Source: Deltaproteobacteria bacterium (GTDB taxonomy: Bacteria; Desulfobacterota; Desulfarculia; Adiutricales; Adiutricaceae). From it: DNA of 53,606 nucleotides. The stretch is from the NCBI GenBank assembly GCA_031278835.1, contig JAITJP010000028.1, positions 1 to 53,606 of the forward strand, given 5' to 3'. Shown here piece after piece: positions 18,492-28,173 of the stretch. Under the pieces are notes generated by a model, which saw nothing but the letters and a program-made list of their open reading frames with translations, made no database searches and was not told the DNA's origin. Position numbers and translations under genes: made by a program. Position 1 is the first letter of the stretch. Every line of letters starts with the position of its first letter.

Positions 18492-20102
18492 TTAAAAGTC
18501 AAGTTTCGGCCCCTTAGTTTCGGCCCCTTGGGTCAAAAACTCGGTCACCGCCGCCACCAAAGAATCAATGGTGGCGCTTTTGGCCTCGGCCACCACCTTA
18601 AAGCCCAGCTCCTGGGCGGCTTTGGTGGTGATCGGCCCAATGGAGGCCACCTTGACCAGGGGGCGATTTTCCGGGCCAATGTAATTAGACAGCCCCTGGG
18701 CCGTGCTGGCGCTGGTCAGGGTGGCTAAGTCTAGGGGCCGTTGGTAAAAGGAAGTTTTTTGGTCTCCGGTTAACTGTTTATTATATCCAATAAAACTTAA
18801 ATTTTCAAATCCTGACCAATCGGCTATAAGGGTCTCATATAAGGGGATTAGATCTATTTCAAAGCCTAAATTACTTAGCCCCAAAACCAAGGCCTCTCGG
18901 GCCTCCTTGGCCCGGGGTAACAGAACCGGGCCCAGGGGCAGATCTTCAAAAAGCTTGACCAAGCCCTCGGCCACATAGCGGCAGGGCATCAGATCGGCCA
19001 CCAAACCAAAAGTGCCCAAGGCCTCGGCCGTGCCCGGCCCAATGGCGGCAATGGACAGGGCGTGAAGGGCCCGGCTATCGAGCTTGGCTTCAAAAAGGGC
19101 CTTCATGAAAAGGTTGACTCCGTTTGGCGAAGTAAAGATTAAATAGCGGTACCTGGCTAGATTATTTAGAGCCTGGTCCAGCTCCAAATTAGGCCAAAGG
19201 GCCTTAATCTCAATTGAGGGTCTTTCCACTACCTCGGCCCCCAGATCCCTTAAAGCCGCCGACAATCGGCCGGCCTGCTGCCTAGTCCTGGTGACCAGTA
19301 TTCTTTTGCCAAAAAGGGCCCTTTTTTCAAACCAGTTCAGCTTATCCCTTAAACTGACCACCTGGCCCACCACCAAAAGGGCCGGACTATTAAGGCCCAA
19401 TCTCTTGACTTCATCAAAAAGCCCCTCTAATCTGCCCACGGCCACCTTTTGCCGGGCCGTGGCCCCCCATTCGATTAAGGCGGCCGGGGTCTGGGGATCC
19501 TGGCCAGCTCCGATTAAATTTTCTAAAATCATACTTAAATTTTCCAGGCCCATGACCACGGCCAAGGTGCCCAGCTTAACCAGGGCCTCAAAATCCAGGG
19601 CCGAATAGCCCTTGCCGGCCTTTTCATGCCCAGTCAAAATGCCAATCTGTGAGCCCATATCCCGATGGGTTAAGGGTATGCCGGCCGCCCCAGCGGCGGC
19701 GATGACCGAGCTCACCCCGGGCACCACCTCAAAGGGTACCCCGGCCTCAAAAAGTTCCAAGGCCTCCTCGGCCCCTCGGCCAAAGACATAGGGATCCCCG
19801 CCCTTAAGTCTGACCACCGTCTGGCCCTTCCAGGCCTCCTCTACCAATAGCCTATTGATTTCCCCTTGCTTTAAGGTGTGATGGCGGCCGCTCTTCCCGG
19901 CGTAAATTTTCCTGGCCCCTTTGGGGGCTAAATGTAAAAGCTCCGGCGAGGCCAAATAGTCATAAACCACCACCTGGGCCCGGCCCAAAACTTCGGCTCC
20001 CCTTAAGGTTAAAAGGCCCGGATCGCCCGGCCCGGCCCCAACCAAATAGACCTTGGCCGGCAAAGCCCCAGGGCCCTTTCTTTCATTTCTTTCAATACTC
20101 AA
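18492..20102 (-). CDS. cobA-hemD: Fused uroporphyrinogen-III C-methyltransferase / uroporphyrinogen-III synthase
   Basis: N-terminal SUMT motif VYLVGAGPGDPGLLTLRG. A C-terminal HemD-like half of about 250 aa (KRILVTRTRQQAGRLSAALRDLGAEV). Confidence 0.9.
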   Translation of the reverse strand: MSIERNERKGPGALPAKVYLVGAGPGDPGLLTLRGAEVLGRAQVVVYDYLASPELLHLAPKGARKIYAGKSGRHHTLKQGEINRLLVEEAWKGQTVVRLKGGDPYVFGRGAEEALELFEAGVPFEVVPGVSSVIAAAGAAGIPLTHRDMGSQIGILTGHEKAGKGYSALDFEALVKLGTLAVVMGLENLSMILENLIGAGQDPQTPAALIEWGATARQKVAVGRLEGLFDEVKRLGLNSPALLVVGQVVSLRDKLNWFEKRALFGKRILVTRTRQQAGRLSAALRDLGAEVVERPSIEIKALWPNLELDQALNNLARYRYLIFTSPNGVNLFMKALFEAKLDSRALHALSIAAIGPGTAEALGTFGLVADLMPCRYVAEGLVKLFEDLPLGPVLLPRAKEAREALVLGLSNLGFEIDLIPLYETLIADWSGFENLSFIGYNKQLTGDQKTSFYQRPLDLATLTSASTAQGLSNYIGPENRPLVKVASIGPITTKAAQELGFKVVAEAKSATIDSLVAAVTEFLTQGAETKGPKLDF

Positions 20103-20391
20103 TTGCCTAGGCCTCCAAAACCCTTGAGGGGGGCTATTTAATTTCCTTTAATAATTACTTTTCGCAAATATCTTAACTTATTTAAATCCATCAACTCTCA
20201 AAACATTCCCCAAAAAACTGCCAAAAAACTCAGACCTAGCCCCTTTCCCGGTCCCTAAAAAAGCCGCCTCGGTCTCAAAATTTAGAGCAAAAAAAAGACT
20301 TCGGCCCCGGTTGGGACATCAAAGTCCAGGCTCGGCCCAAAGGCCTGTCATGGTATTGTTTGGTCAAAAAAAACCAAGCCAAAAACTTAAG

Positions 20392-20428
20392 GGCTTAAGG
20401 CCAAAGCCCCAGGCTTTGGCCTTAAGCC
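20392..20428. terminator. Perfect 17-bp-stem hairpin downstream of hemC; likely terminator for the - strand
   Basis: ggcttaaggccaaagcc-cca-ggctttggccttaagcc. On the - strand it is followed by T-rich sequence (ttaagttttt...tttttttt). Confidence 0.6.
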
Positions 20429-20477
20429 TTTTGGCCAAATTTAATGGCCATGAAATTTTACTCAAAGTAAATCAGGC

Positions 20478-21443
20478 CTAGGATTTTCTGGCTTTCAAAC
20501 TTGAGGCGACCATTTTGCCTAAATTTTCAGCCTGGGCAAATTCGGCTGGCCCGATGTCTTTTTTGCCCCAATTGACCCGGCCATTTTTAATTAGCTGAAC
20601 GGTCAAGGGGATGGTGATTGATTTTTCGACCTTAATGACTTGACCGTTAATTATCTTGGCCGCCTCAAGACGTAACTCGCCCGAGGAATCAAAGTTAGCC
20701 AGGGCCGAGATGGCTTCGGAGCAGCCTATACCCAGTTCCCGGACAAAGGCCCTTTCGGCGTAAAAGGCCAAAGCCGAGGGGAGATGATATAAGGGTTTGA
20801 GGAATTCCTCCATGAAATGATCCGAGCGGCGATACTCAAAGGCCAGTTGGCCTTGACCCGGGGCCGGCGGCAGGATGGTCTTGGGCAAAACTTCGGTTTT
20901 TAAATTACCCAGATTGGCATTTAGCCTGGAAAGGGCGGCCTGGGCCAAAATGACCCCGGTAAATTGAGTGCCCACCGCCCTAAGCCTGGTGCCGACGTTG
21001 CCTCGAAGGGGCTTAAGTATCAGATCGGGCCGGTAAACATTGAGAAAAGCCTGTCTTCGTAAACTAGACGTTCCTATGGTTGATCTTTTGGCCAGTAAGT
21101 TAAAATTCAGCTTGGTGACCGTGACCAAGACGTCCCATGGTTCGGCCCTAGCCAGGGCCGGACAAACCACCAGATCTTCGGGCAGGTCCGAAGCCAAGTC
21201 CTTGGCGCTATGGACGGCCAGATCAATTTGCTTTTTTTGGAGGGCCATTTCGATTTCTTTGACAAACAAGCCCTTAACTCCCAACTCAAAGGTCGGCTGA
21301 GCTGCCAAGTTATCGCCTTGGGTTTTGATGGGCACGAAGGAGAAATCGATATTGGAGTAAAGGGACCTTAGCTGATCAATTACCAGTTCCGACTGGATTT
21401 TTGACAAATGGCTACCCCTAGCCCCAACCCTAATGTTCCGCAT
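20478..21443 (-). CDS. hemC: Porphobilinogen deaminase (hydroxymethylbilane synthase)
   Basis: MRNIRVGARGSHLSKIQ start and the LRGNVGTRL motif. Start moved to ATG 21443. The longer track ORF 20478..21581 overlaps the upstream gene. Confidence 0.9.
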   Translation of the reverse strand: MRNIRVGARGSHLSKIQSELVIDQLRSLYSNIDFSFVPIKTQGDNLAAQPTFELGVKGLFVKEIEMALQKKQIDLAVHSAKDLASDLPEDLVVCPALARAEPWDVLVTVTKLNFNLLAKRSTIGTSSLRRQAFLNVYRPDLILKPLRGNVGTRLRAVGTQFTGVILAQAALSRLNANLGNLKTEVLPKTILPPAPGQGQLAFEYRRSDHFMEEFLKPLYHLPSALAFYAERAFVRELGIGCSEAISALANFDSSGELRLEAAKIINGQVIKVEKSITIPLTVQLIKNGRVNWGKKDIGPAEFAQAENLGKMVASSLKARKS

Positions 21444-21447
21444 GTTT

Positions 21448-21687
21448 TTAAACTGAGCCACAACCCGCGCACGACGAAGCGGTGCATGAACCGCATGATG
21501 AGGAAGATGACGATGAGCCGCCAGCCAGGTCCAGGGAACCACCAGAGGGCCCGCAGCGGAAACTGGAGAGATGTTTTTCACAATTGGCTTGACCGCAAGC
21601 CGGGCAGATGATTTTTTCCGATCGACTTATGACCAGTTCTTCAAAATCCCGACCGCAGTCTTGGCATTTAAATTCATAGATGGGCAT
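21448..21687 (-). CDS. FmdB-family zinc-ribbon protein (CxxC_CxxC_SSSS type)
   Basis: MPIYEFKCQDCG...CPACG followed by a poly-Ser and Cys-rich tail. Its stop codon lies 4 nt before the hemC ATG. Confidence 0.75.
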   Translation of the reverse strand: MPIYEFKCQDCGRDFEELVISRSEKIICPACGQANCEKHLSSFRCGPSGGSLDLAGGSSSSSSSCGSCTASSCAGCGSV

Positions 21688-21936
21688 TGAAGCTAACCTC
21701 AGAAATGGAGAAAAACTCCCTTCCAGTCCCCCAAAATGGTCAACCCAAAGCCAAGGGGGCCCAAAGCCAAGTTTTTCACTCCCGGACCACTTGGTCAATA
21801 AAACCCAGTCCCGGATTATCTAACCTCCTTATCATACCACCCTAAGCCATATTGGGCAAATATCTCATATCTCCAGCCGCCCGGGCCCACAGCCCGAGCC
21901 CAGCTGGCCGCCCAGCTGGGCTCGGTTCTCTGGCCG

Positions 21937-22992
21937 TTACCTAACAGGTCCTTGGCTTTTTGCCCCAGGCCGGCCTTTAGCTTTTTTTTCATAATTTAGG
22001 TTTTTCAAGACGACCATGAAGGACGATTCGGTGACCAGGAACTCGGGCAAGTAGCCCTGGTGGTAGTCTGGCAGCTTTTTGGTCTCCTCGATGATTTTTG
22101 GTAAGCCAGTCCCTTGGCCTTGGGCGTATTTCATTTTCTGAAACAATTTGGCGATGACCGGATTGCGGGGCCAGGGGCTTAGGAACTCCAAGTCTGGGCC
22201 CGGGATGGCCTTGAGCGGGCCCTGAGGGCCGGGCCGGCCACCCGGCGAGGTGATGGCTAGCCGATTGTCGAAAATATCGATATGAATTTCACAGCCCATA
22301 AACCAATAATCGCGGTGGATAAGGGCGTTGACCAGGGCCTCGGTCACGGCCCTTTCGGCGTAGTCGGGTTTATCCACTCGAGACCGGGCTTCTTTCTTAA
22401 AGCGGACTTTTGTATTGTTTTTAACAAAGTCTTGGCCGTTATTGAGCAGATAAATTAGGCCGCCCTCATATTCTTTGTCATCAAGGGCGTCGTCAAAAAC
22501 CGATCCCTTAACCAGACCGTTCCACCTGGTGCAAAATAGCCTTGAGTTATAGCTGAGGCGCTGGTCGGCCATAAGCGAGCCGGCCTGGGTCAAAAAGCCC
22601 TCCTGGTTGACTAGGCCAAAGGAAAGATAATCTTCTGGCTTAAAAAGTTCCCCGGTCCTTTGCCGATAGGTGGTTTCAAACAAGGTGAAGCTGTAATCGG
22701 CTTTTTTATGCTCAATGACTTTTGAGTCAAAAGAATTGCTGACAACTATTTCCGGGACATTATCTAGGGCGCCCTGGTCGGCCAGGCCGGCCAGGGCCTT
22801 TTGGCTTTTTGGCCTAAGTTTTTCTTGGGCCGGGCCAGTCGGTTTGGGGGCCGTCTGGGGAATGGCCCAGCTTCGGCCAAAACGTATTAGGCCTGGAATC
22901 ATTTCTGACTTACAAAGCCATTGAACTTGCCGCGGGCTGAGCTGCCATTTTTCGGCGGCTTGCCTGACCGAGATATATTCTGGAATGGTCAT
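21937..22992 (-). CDS. HTH (excisionase/MerR-like) plus HATPase_c_4-type domain protein, putative transcriptional regulator
   Basis: N-terminal ISVRQAAEKWQLSPRQVQWLCKSEMIPG... HTH. The C-terminal AVTEALVNALIHRDY motif is typical of the divergent-AAA/Schlafen-associated putative regulator family. Confidence 0.6.
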   Translation of the reverse strand: MTIPEYISVRQAAEKWQLSPRQVQWLCKSEMIPGLIRFGRSWAIPQTAPKPTGPAQEKLRPKSQKALAGLADQGALDNVPEIVVSNSFDSKVIEHKKADYSFTLFETTYRQRTGELFKPEDYLSFGLVNQEGFLTQAGSLMADQRLSYNSRLFCTRWNGLVKGSVFDDALDDKEYEGGLIYLLNNGQDFVKNNTKVRFKKEARSRVDKPDYAERAVTEALVNALIHRDYWFMGCEIHIDIFDNRLAITSPGGRPGPQGPLKAIPGPDLEFLSPWPRNPVIAKLFQKMKYAQGQGTGLPKIIEETKKLPDYHQGYLPEFLVTESSFMVVLKNLNYEKKAKGRPGAKSQGPVR

Positions 22993-23249
22993 ATTGATGC
23001 CCCGTAAAAAAAATATAAAAAAGGCCTCTGGAGGAAACTAACCATTAAATGTGTATAAATTCAAAATAGGCTTTTTTAAGAGTTTTGTCAAGGTATTTCT
23101 AGCCGCCTGAGCCAAAGTCAAAGCCCGAAAAGCCTAAATTTAGCCAAAAGTCAAGGCCGGCCCTTTGAAAAATTATTCCAAGAAAGCTGACAAAAAAATT
23201 TGCCCAGAGCCCCCAAAGCCCCTTGGTAAAACTTTATAAAGCCGCATTT

Positions 23250-23270
23250 TTGTCAAAAATTTTTTGACAA
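23250..23270. promoter_or_regulatory. Palindrome TTGTCAAAAA-T-TTTTTGACAA in the regulator / T6SS intergenic region
   Basis: Perfect 10-bp arms read directly. It lies 258 nt upstream of the - strand HTH gene start. Confidence 0.35.
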
Positions 23271-23399
23271 TAAGTAATATTTTGTGATTTTTCCGGGAGG
23301 GGATCCATACTAATCTAGCTAATTCAAGAAATGGGGTGATATTTTTTAACTAGCCGATCTTAGTTGTCAATATATAAGATTATGGTGTTTAAAAAATAC

Positions 23400-23428
23400 T
23401 TGACTTCTTGAAAAAGTTTTAATATAAA
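23400..23428 (+). promoter_or_regulatory. Sigma70-like promoter TTGACT-N17-TATAAA
   Basis: -35 at 23400-23405 and -10 at 23423-23428 with exact 17-nt spacing. It lies about 630 nt upstream of the tssA ATG. Confidence 0.4.
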
Positions 23429-23434
23429 GTATTT

Positions 23435-23602
23435 CATGATTTTGGAATAAAGTATAAAGGCAGTGGATTCATCACGGTTAAATTGTCTCGGTCAGAAGGC
23501 CAGGTAACCGCTTGAATCCGGCCCCTACCCAGTCACCTGGGAGCCGATCTGGGCGGTTGGGCCCGGTTCTGGTCAATTAAATGGTCTGGTCCAGATTTTT
23601 TA
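23435..23602 (+). ncRNA. Candidate structured leader or sRNA downstream of the 23400 promoter
   Basis: Nested stems ggattca (23465-71)/tgaatcc (23513-19) and cggtta (23475-80)/taaccg (23505-10). Hairpin cccag-tcac-ctggg (about 23528-41). A weak stem plus T6 run at 23596-23601. No ORF. Confidence 0.2.
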
Positions 23603-24057
23603 TAACTTAAAAACCTAAAAACTCAATAAAATTTAAAGCCGGCCAATAAAGGCCCAAATGGCCGCCATTTGGGGGCCAAATGGCCAAGGGAGGGCCTATG
23701 AGCTAAGCCATTTTGTTTTTTTTAAAGGGCCCGGGAAAGCCTCGCCAAGTAGGGCCTTATTTTTCTCATTGTCCGCTTTAAACTTGCCCACGCTCAAAGC
23801 TAACTTGCTTTAGCCCCTTGACTTCCTCTCGAAAAAACAAGGTTTTGCTTTTCAGTGATTTAAACTTAATAAGTTCTTAATAACTGGGTAGTAAAGTCGA
23901 AACAACACCAAGAACCAACCGTTTTCTCTCCAGGAACCTACCGCCGCGGAAAGCGATTAATTCACTTTTTACAGATACAAGTTTTTATGTAATTTTGTAA
24001 ATATCCATATAAATATTTGTATTTGTAGATTTTGTGAGTTATGGCTTAGGAATTAAC

Positions 24058-25659
24058 ATGCTTGAGGAACAAACCTGTGACTATGATTTTATTTATAAGT
24101 GGGCAGAACCAATCGGAGATGGTCGCGGGCCGGCTTGCGGGGTAGAAGCCACCTTTAGCCCGGAATTTGAGTTTATCAAAGACGAGGTTGATAAAAGCTC
24201 CTCTTTGCATGAAAACAATGGGACCAATTGGCAGCTGGTTTTAGAGCGCTCCAACGCTTTTTTAACCGAGCAAAGTAAGGACCTCTGGGTTCTTTGCTAT
24301 GGGCTTAGGGCTGTTTATGAAAAGCATGGTTTAAGCTCCTTGGTGGCGGCTTTGGAGGTTTTAAAGGCGGTTTTGGAAAATTTTTGGGACCAGCTTCATC
24401 CCAGCCTAAAAAGGCCCCAGAGGCGGGCCGCCCCGCTGGCCTGGCTGGCCGGAAAACTGGAAATGATCGTCGCCGGTACGGCCTTTCCCAAAGATGAGGA
24501 CCAGATCGCCCAAAAGCTTAAAAAGGCCTTAGAGGCCTTGCAAAAAATTCTGGACCAAAAACTTAATGAGATCAGCCCGTCCTTTGCCGGGGTGCTTAAG
24601 GGGCTTAAAAATCTAAAGCCTCCACAAGAGTCGGTTCCTCCAGCCCCGGACTTTGAAGCGGCTTTGGCCACGGCCATTTTGACCAGCCCAAGCCCAGCAA
24701 ATAGGGCCATACCGGCCCAGCCCTTTGAGCTTCAAGTCAGTTCCGATGGTCAAATAGCCGCCAATCAACTGCCCCAAGTTTTTAGGGCCATTAAGGAACA
24801 AGCCCAGCTCCTGGCCGCCCATTTAGCTGGGCGAAACATTCTGGATTGGCGGGTCTATTTACTGCACAGAACTTCATTGTGGAGCACCATTAGCCAGTTG
24901 CCCCAGGCCGACCCTGATTTAATCACCCAGCTCCGGCCCGTGCCCAGTGACCTGGTGGCCAGCTACACGGCGGCCGTGGAGGCCGGGCGATTGGCCGAGA
25001 TTTTACCGCGACTGGAACGATCGGCCTCAAAAATGCCTTTCTGGTTTGACGGCCATTACCTGGTCGATAAATGCCTGGAAGGCCTCAAGGCCCGGGAGGC
25101 CTTAAATATCCTGCGCCTGACCTTGGGCCTTTTTATAAGGGAGTTTCCGGAGCTTATTGACTACAAATATTTTGACAAAAGCCCCTTCGCTTCGCCCAAG
25201 ACCCTTCATTGGCTGGCCTCCTTGGATACCATGGATGACGGCACCCTGGGCCGCTTGGCCGGGGCCGTCAAAGTCAGCTCCCCCCCAAAGGAAGGCTCGG
25301 AAGACCAGGAGCTTATCCTCAAACAAGCTCTGGATTTGTGGCGCGACGGGGATTTTGAGGCCGGACTTAAGCGGGTCGGGCCACAACTAGCCACCAAAAG
25401 CAGAGCCTCGATTAAGCAGGGCTTACTGGTGGCAAGGTACTGCCTGGGGGCCGGTCGCCCCGAGGCCGCCGGTAACCTTTTGGGTGATTTGTTTGATAAC
25501 CTAGAGTCCTGGGGCCTTTTGGAGTGGGAACCAGAGCTAACTGCCGATATCTTGACCTTAATCGTCTACGTTTATACCTTTCTCAAGCAGGAAGTCCCGG
25601 TTATGGTTAGGCAAAAGCTTTATTGGTTTAACCTGGAAACGGCTTTACAGGCTTTTTAG
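24058..25659 (+). CDS. tssA: T6SS protein TssA (ImpA N-terminal domain)
   Basis: The ImpA_N-like region EPIGDGRGPACGVEATFSPEFEFIKDEV...WQLVLERSNAFLTEQSKDLWV. ATG at 24058 with AGGA 7 nt upstream (GTG 24034 is an alternative). Confidence 0.85.
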   Translation: MLEEQTCDYDFIYKWAEPIGDGRGPACGVEATFSPEFEFIKDEVDKSSSLHENNGTNWQLVLERSNAFLTEQSKDLWVLCYGLRAVYEKHGLSSLVAALEVLKAVLENFWDQLHPSLKRPQRRAAPLAWLAGKLEMIVAGTAFPKDEDQIAQKLKKALEALQKILDQKLNEISPSFAGVLKGLKNLKPPQESVPPAPDFEAALATAILTSPSPANRAIPAQPFELQVSSDGQIAANQLPQVFRAIKEQAQLLAAHLAGRNILDWRVYLLHRTSLWSTISQLPQADPDLITQLRPVPSDLVASYTAAVEAGRLAEILPRLERSASKMPFWFDGHYLVDKCLEGLKAREALNILRLTLGLFIREFPELIDYKYFDKSPFASPKTLHWLASLDTMDDGTLGRLAGAVKVSSPPKEGSEDQELILKQALDLWRDGDFEAGLKRVGPQLATKSRASIKQGLLVARYCLGAGRPEAAGNLLGDLFDNLESWGLLEWEPELTADILTLIVYVYTFLKQEVPVMVRQKLYWFNLETALQAF

Positions 25660-25809
25660 AAAAAAAATCAAAATATCAATTATTCAAAAAATTAAACAAT
25701 CAATCGACTTTTAAAATTATGTCTTAATCAATCATAAAACTCCGTAAAATCATATAAAAACTCAAAAATTTAAATAAGCTCATAAGTTTTTGCTTTTTTT
25801 GGCTCATTA

Positions 25810-26061
25810 GTCATCCAACTCTAGCTATTTTTTAAAATTTATCTCTAGGCCTCAAGGTCAGTCATCTAACTCTAGCCATCTTTTAAAATTTATCTCTAAG
25901 AATCAAGGTTAGTCATCTAACTCTAGCCATTTTTTAAAATTTATCTCTAAGACTCAAGGTTAGTCATCTAACTATAGCCATTTTTTAAAATTTATCTCTA
26001 AGCCTCAAGGTTAGTCATCTAACTCTAGCCATCTTTTAAAATTTATCTCTAAGCCTCAAGG
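25810..26061. repeat. Five tandem copies of a 51-bp unit ending in the tssB ribosome-binding site
   Basis: Units lie at 25810-25860, 25861-25911, 25912-25962, 25963-26013 and 26014-26061. Consensus is gtcatctaactctagccattttttaaaatttatctctaagcctcaaggtta. The last unit runs into agggagg, and the ATG is at 26075. Confidence 0.95.
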
Positions 26062-26074
26062 GAGGAAAAAATTC

Positions 26075-26593
26075 ATGGCCAAGGAATCTTCCATCGCGCC
26101 CAAAGAGCGCATTAACGTCACCTTTAAGCCGGCTACCGGGGGCGCCCAAGAGGAAATCGAACTGCCCTTAAAGGTCATGGTCCTGGGTGACTTTCTGCGC
26201 GGCCACGACCCCAGAAGGCTAATTGACCGCAAGCCCATCAATATCAACAAGAACAATTTCGAGGACGTGGTGGCCAAGCAAAACTTGAAGCTGACCATCA
26301 ACGTGCCCAATCGTTTGAGCGATGAGGCTGGCAGCAATGACTTGCCGGTCAGTCTGTCTTTCAATAACCTTAGGGATTTTAGCCCCGAGGGCCTGGCCCG
26401 TCAGGTGCCTGAGTTAAATAAGCTCCTGGAGCTTAGGGAGGCCCTGGTTTCGCTCAAAGGCCCCTTGGGTAACATGCCGGCCTTCCGTAAGGCCATCGAA
26501 GAGAGCCTGAGCGATCCGGCTCAGCGCGACAAGGTCATTAAGGAATTGGCTTTGACCAATGAGCCCAAAGACGGAAACGGCCAAGATTCATAA
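26075..26593 (+). CDS. tssB: T6SS contractile sheath small subunit
   Basis: The canonical VipA/TssB N-terminus KERINVTFKPATGGAQEEIELPLKVMVLGDF. 172 aa. Confidence 0.95.
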   Translation: MAKESSIAPKERINVTFKPATGGAQEEIELPLKVMVLGDFLRGHDPRRLIDRKPININKNNFEDVVAKQNLKLTINVPNRLSDEAGSNDLPVSLSFNNLRDFSPEGLARQVPELNKLLELREALVSLKGPLGNMPAFRKAIEESLSDPAQRDKVIKELALTNEPKDGNGQDS

Positions 26594-26683
26594 CTCACCA
26601 GCTTTTAAAACTTTCCCGCTTGGAACCAAGGCTCAGGGCTCGGAAGCGGCGGCTATCTCTCGACATAGGAGGGAAGATTTTAT

Positions 26684-28162
26684 ATGTCCCAACGGCAACA
26701 GCAAGCGGCGCTCGGGGAGTCCCTCCCGGCCCCAAATTTGTTAGAGGCCATCATCAAGGAAACCAACCTGACTCCCAATGACGAGGGCTATGAAGCGGCC
26801 CGTTTGGGCATCAGTTCTTTCATTTCCGAGATGCTCAAACCGGATTATCAGCACGAAAAGGTCAAAAAAACCACCGTAGACAGGATGATCGCTGAAATCG
26901 ATTACCGTATGGGCCGGCAAATTGACGAGATCCTGCACCATCAAGATTTTCAGGCCCTGGAATCGGCCTGGTTAGGCTTAAAACTCTTAATCGATCGATC
27001 TGATTTTCGGGAAAACATCGAAGTTGAGATCATCAATCTGACCAAAGACGAGCTTTTGGATGATTTTTTGGACGCCTCGGAAATGGCCCAATCGAGTCTG
27101 TATAAGCTCATCTATACGGCCGAGTACGGTCAGTTTGGCGGCAAACCGGTCGGGGCCATGATCGGTAACTATTTCTTTGGGCCCACGGCCATGGATATCA
27201 GGCTACTACAGTCTCTGGCTAGCCTAGCGGCCATCGCCCACGCCCCTTTCATCGCCGCCGCCGAACCCTCCTTTTTTGGCCTAAACAGCTTTGAGCGCTT
27301 GCCGGCCCTAAAGGATCTCCAGGACATTTTTAGCGGCCCGCGCTACGCCAAATGGCAAAGCTTTAGGGAGTCCGAGGACTCCAGATACGTGGGCTTGACC
27401 CTGCCCAGGTTTTTACTTAGGCAGCCCTACGATCCCGAGGATAACCCGGTCAAGGCCTTTGTTTACAAAGAAAACGTGGACAACAGTCACGACAGTTTTT
27501 TGTGGGGCAATACCGCCTTTGCCTTGGCCTCGCGCCTAACCGACAGTTTCGCTAAATACCGCTGGTGCCCAAACATCATTGGCCCCAAGTCCGGCGGGGC
27601 GGTCGAAAATCTGCCCGTGCACCTTTACGAGAGCATGGGCGATATTGAGATGAAGATCCCCACCGAGGTCTTGATTTCCGATCGAAGGGAATACGAACTG
27701 GCCGAGCAGGGTTTTATCGCCCTAACCATGCGCAAAGGCAGCGATAACGCCGCTTTTTTCTCAGCCAGTTCTTGCCAAAAAGCCAAGTTTTTTGGCTCTT
27801 CGCCCGAAGGCAAAGAGGCTGAACTAAATTATCGCCTGTCCACCCAGCTGCCTTACATGTTTATCATTTCCCGCTTGGCCCATTACATCAAGGTCTTGCA
27901 ACGGGAAAACATCGGCTCCTGGAAAGAGCGCACTGACTTGGAAAGGGAGCTTAATCTCTGGATCCGCCAATACGTGGCCGATCAGGAAAACCCCAGCTCC
28001 GATACCCGTAGCCGGCGGCCCCTAAGGAGTTCCCAGATAACCGTTGATGAGGTTGAGGGCGATCCGGGTTGGTACCGGGTGACCATTTCCGTGCGGCCCC
28101 ACTTCAAATACATGGGCGCCTACTTCACCCTGTCTCTGGTCGGTAAACTCGACAAGGAGTAA
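26684..28162 (+). CDS. tssC: T6SS contractile sheath large subunit
   Basis: 492 aa with a VipB/TssC-type sequence (LPRFLLRQPY, NIIGPKSGG, RPHFKYMGAYFTLSLVGKLD). Confidence 0.95.
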   Translation: MSQRQQQAALGESLPAPNLLEAIIKETNLTPNDEGYEAARLGISSFISEMLKPDYQHEKVKKTTVDRMIAEIDYRMGRQIDEILHHQDFQALESAWLGLKLLIDRSDFRENIEVEIINLTKDELLDDFLDASEMAQSSLYKLIYTAEYGQFGGKPVGAMIGNYFFGPTAMDIRLLQSLASLAAIAHAPFIAAAEPSFFGLNSFERLPALKDLQDIFSGPRYAKWQSFRESEDSRYVGLTLPRFLLRQPYDPEDNPVKAFVYKENVDNSHDSFLWGNTAFALASRLTDSFAKYRWCPNIIGPKSGGAVENLPVHLYESMGDIEMKIPTEVLISDRREYELAEQGFIALTMRKGSDNAAFFSASSCQKAKFFGSSPEGKEAELNYRLSTQLPYMFIISRLAHYIKVLQRENIGSWKERTDLERELNLWIRQYVADQENPSSDTRSRRPLRSSQITVDEVEGDPGWYRVTISVRPHFKYMGAYFTLSLVGKLDKE

Positions 28163-28173
28163 GGGCCAGCCCA

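Noticed and set aside
25810-26061. Could the 51-bp repeat array be a CRISPR array?
   Set aside because: The units are directly contiguous with no unique spacers. The 51-bp unit is AT-rich and non-palindromic. No cas genes are present. It is a plain tandem repeat.
23000-26074. Sigma54 (-24 GG / -12 GC, TGGCAC-N5-TTGC) promoters for the T6SS operons
   Set aside because: No convincing match was seen upstream of tssA, tssB or hcp, and no VasH-like enhancer-binding protein is encoded in the window.
26559-26744. 61-aa ORF bridging tssB and tssC
   Set aside because: It overlaps both sheath genes in another frame. The 90-nt spacer already contains the tssC RBS (aggaggg).
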